A stretch of DNA of 5,195 nt. Origin: Halalkalibacterium halodurans. GTDB lineage: Bacteria > Bacillota > Bacilli > Bacillales > Bacillaceae_D. Positions 5,188 through 5,195 of this stretch are shown here, piece by piece. The DNA lies in assembly GCF_004376175.1 (NCBI RefSeq), contig NZ_SNUY01000009.1:84903-90097 (forward strand). Reading direction: 5' to 3'. Numbering within the stretch: position 1 is the first letter of the stretch; each line of letters begins with the position of its first letter. The translations under genes were made by a program, and so were the position numbers. The notes under the pieces were generated by a model. It worked only from the letters and a program-made list of their open reading frames with translations, did not search any database and was not told the origin of the DNA.

Positions 5188-5192
5188 CTAAA
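5188..5192. repeat. Candidate target-site duplication (CTAAA), right copy
   Basis: CTAAA immediately follows the terminal ..TGCA at 5187 and matches 2789-2793. Confidence 0.5.
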
Positions 5193-5195
5193 CAA

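Noticed and set aside
1-5195. Scan for a CRISPR array, tRNA/rRNA or a known defence-system gene set
   Set aside because: I saw no regularly spaced direct repeats with unique spacers, no cloverleaf-compatible tRNA-like segments and no rRNA-like sequence. The only ATPase or nuclease-type motifs belong to IstB and IstA.

Overview
This is AT-rich accessory DNA in the Bacillus/Firmicutes style, with AGGAGG-type Shine-Dalgarno sites, extended -10 promoters and stem-loop/T-run terminators. From left to right it contains five things. (i) The first 25 codons of a minus-strand helix-turn-helix protein that runs off the left edge (1-76). (ii) A decayed, stop-interrupted minus-strand ORF remnant (188-543). 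(iii) A well-signalled gene for a 454-aa secreted protein (730-2094, +), built from a Sec signal peptide, two Fn3-like repeats, a Lys/Glu-rich linker and a C-terminal domain of about 190 aa that I cannot assign to any characterised family. (iv) A convergent three-TM membrane protein of 113-116 aa (2202-2543/2552, -), preceded by a frameshifted small-ORF remnant. (v) A complete IS21-family insertion sequence of about 2.39 kb (about 2795-5187), with istA at 3593-5056 and istB at 2878-3600 on the minus strand. It has long multi-repeat terminal inverted repeats and a candidate 5-bp target duplication, CTAAA. I saw no tRNA, rRNA or CRISPR array. The best candidate for something new is the secreted Fn3-Fn3-orphan-domain protein, possibly together with its convergent membrane neighbour, sitting as cargo between mobile-element sequences. 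I do not recognise any known defence or toxin system here, and every functional idea about this gene is inference that needs profile and structure searches.
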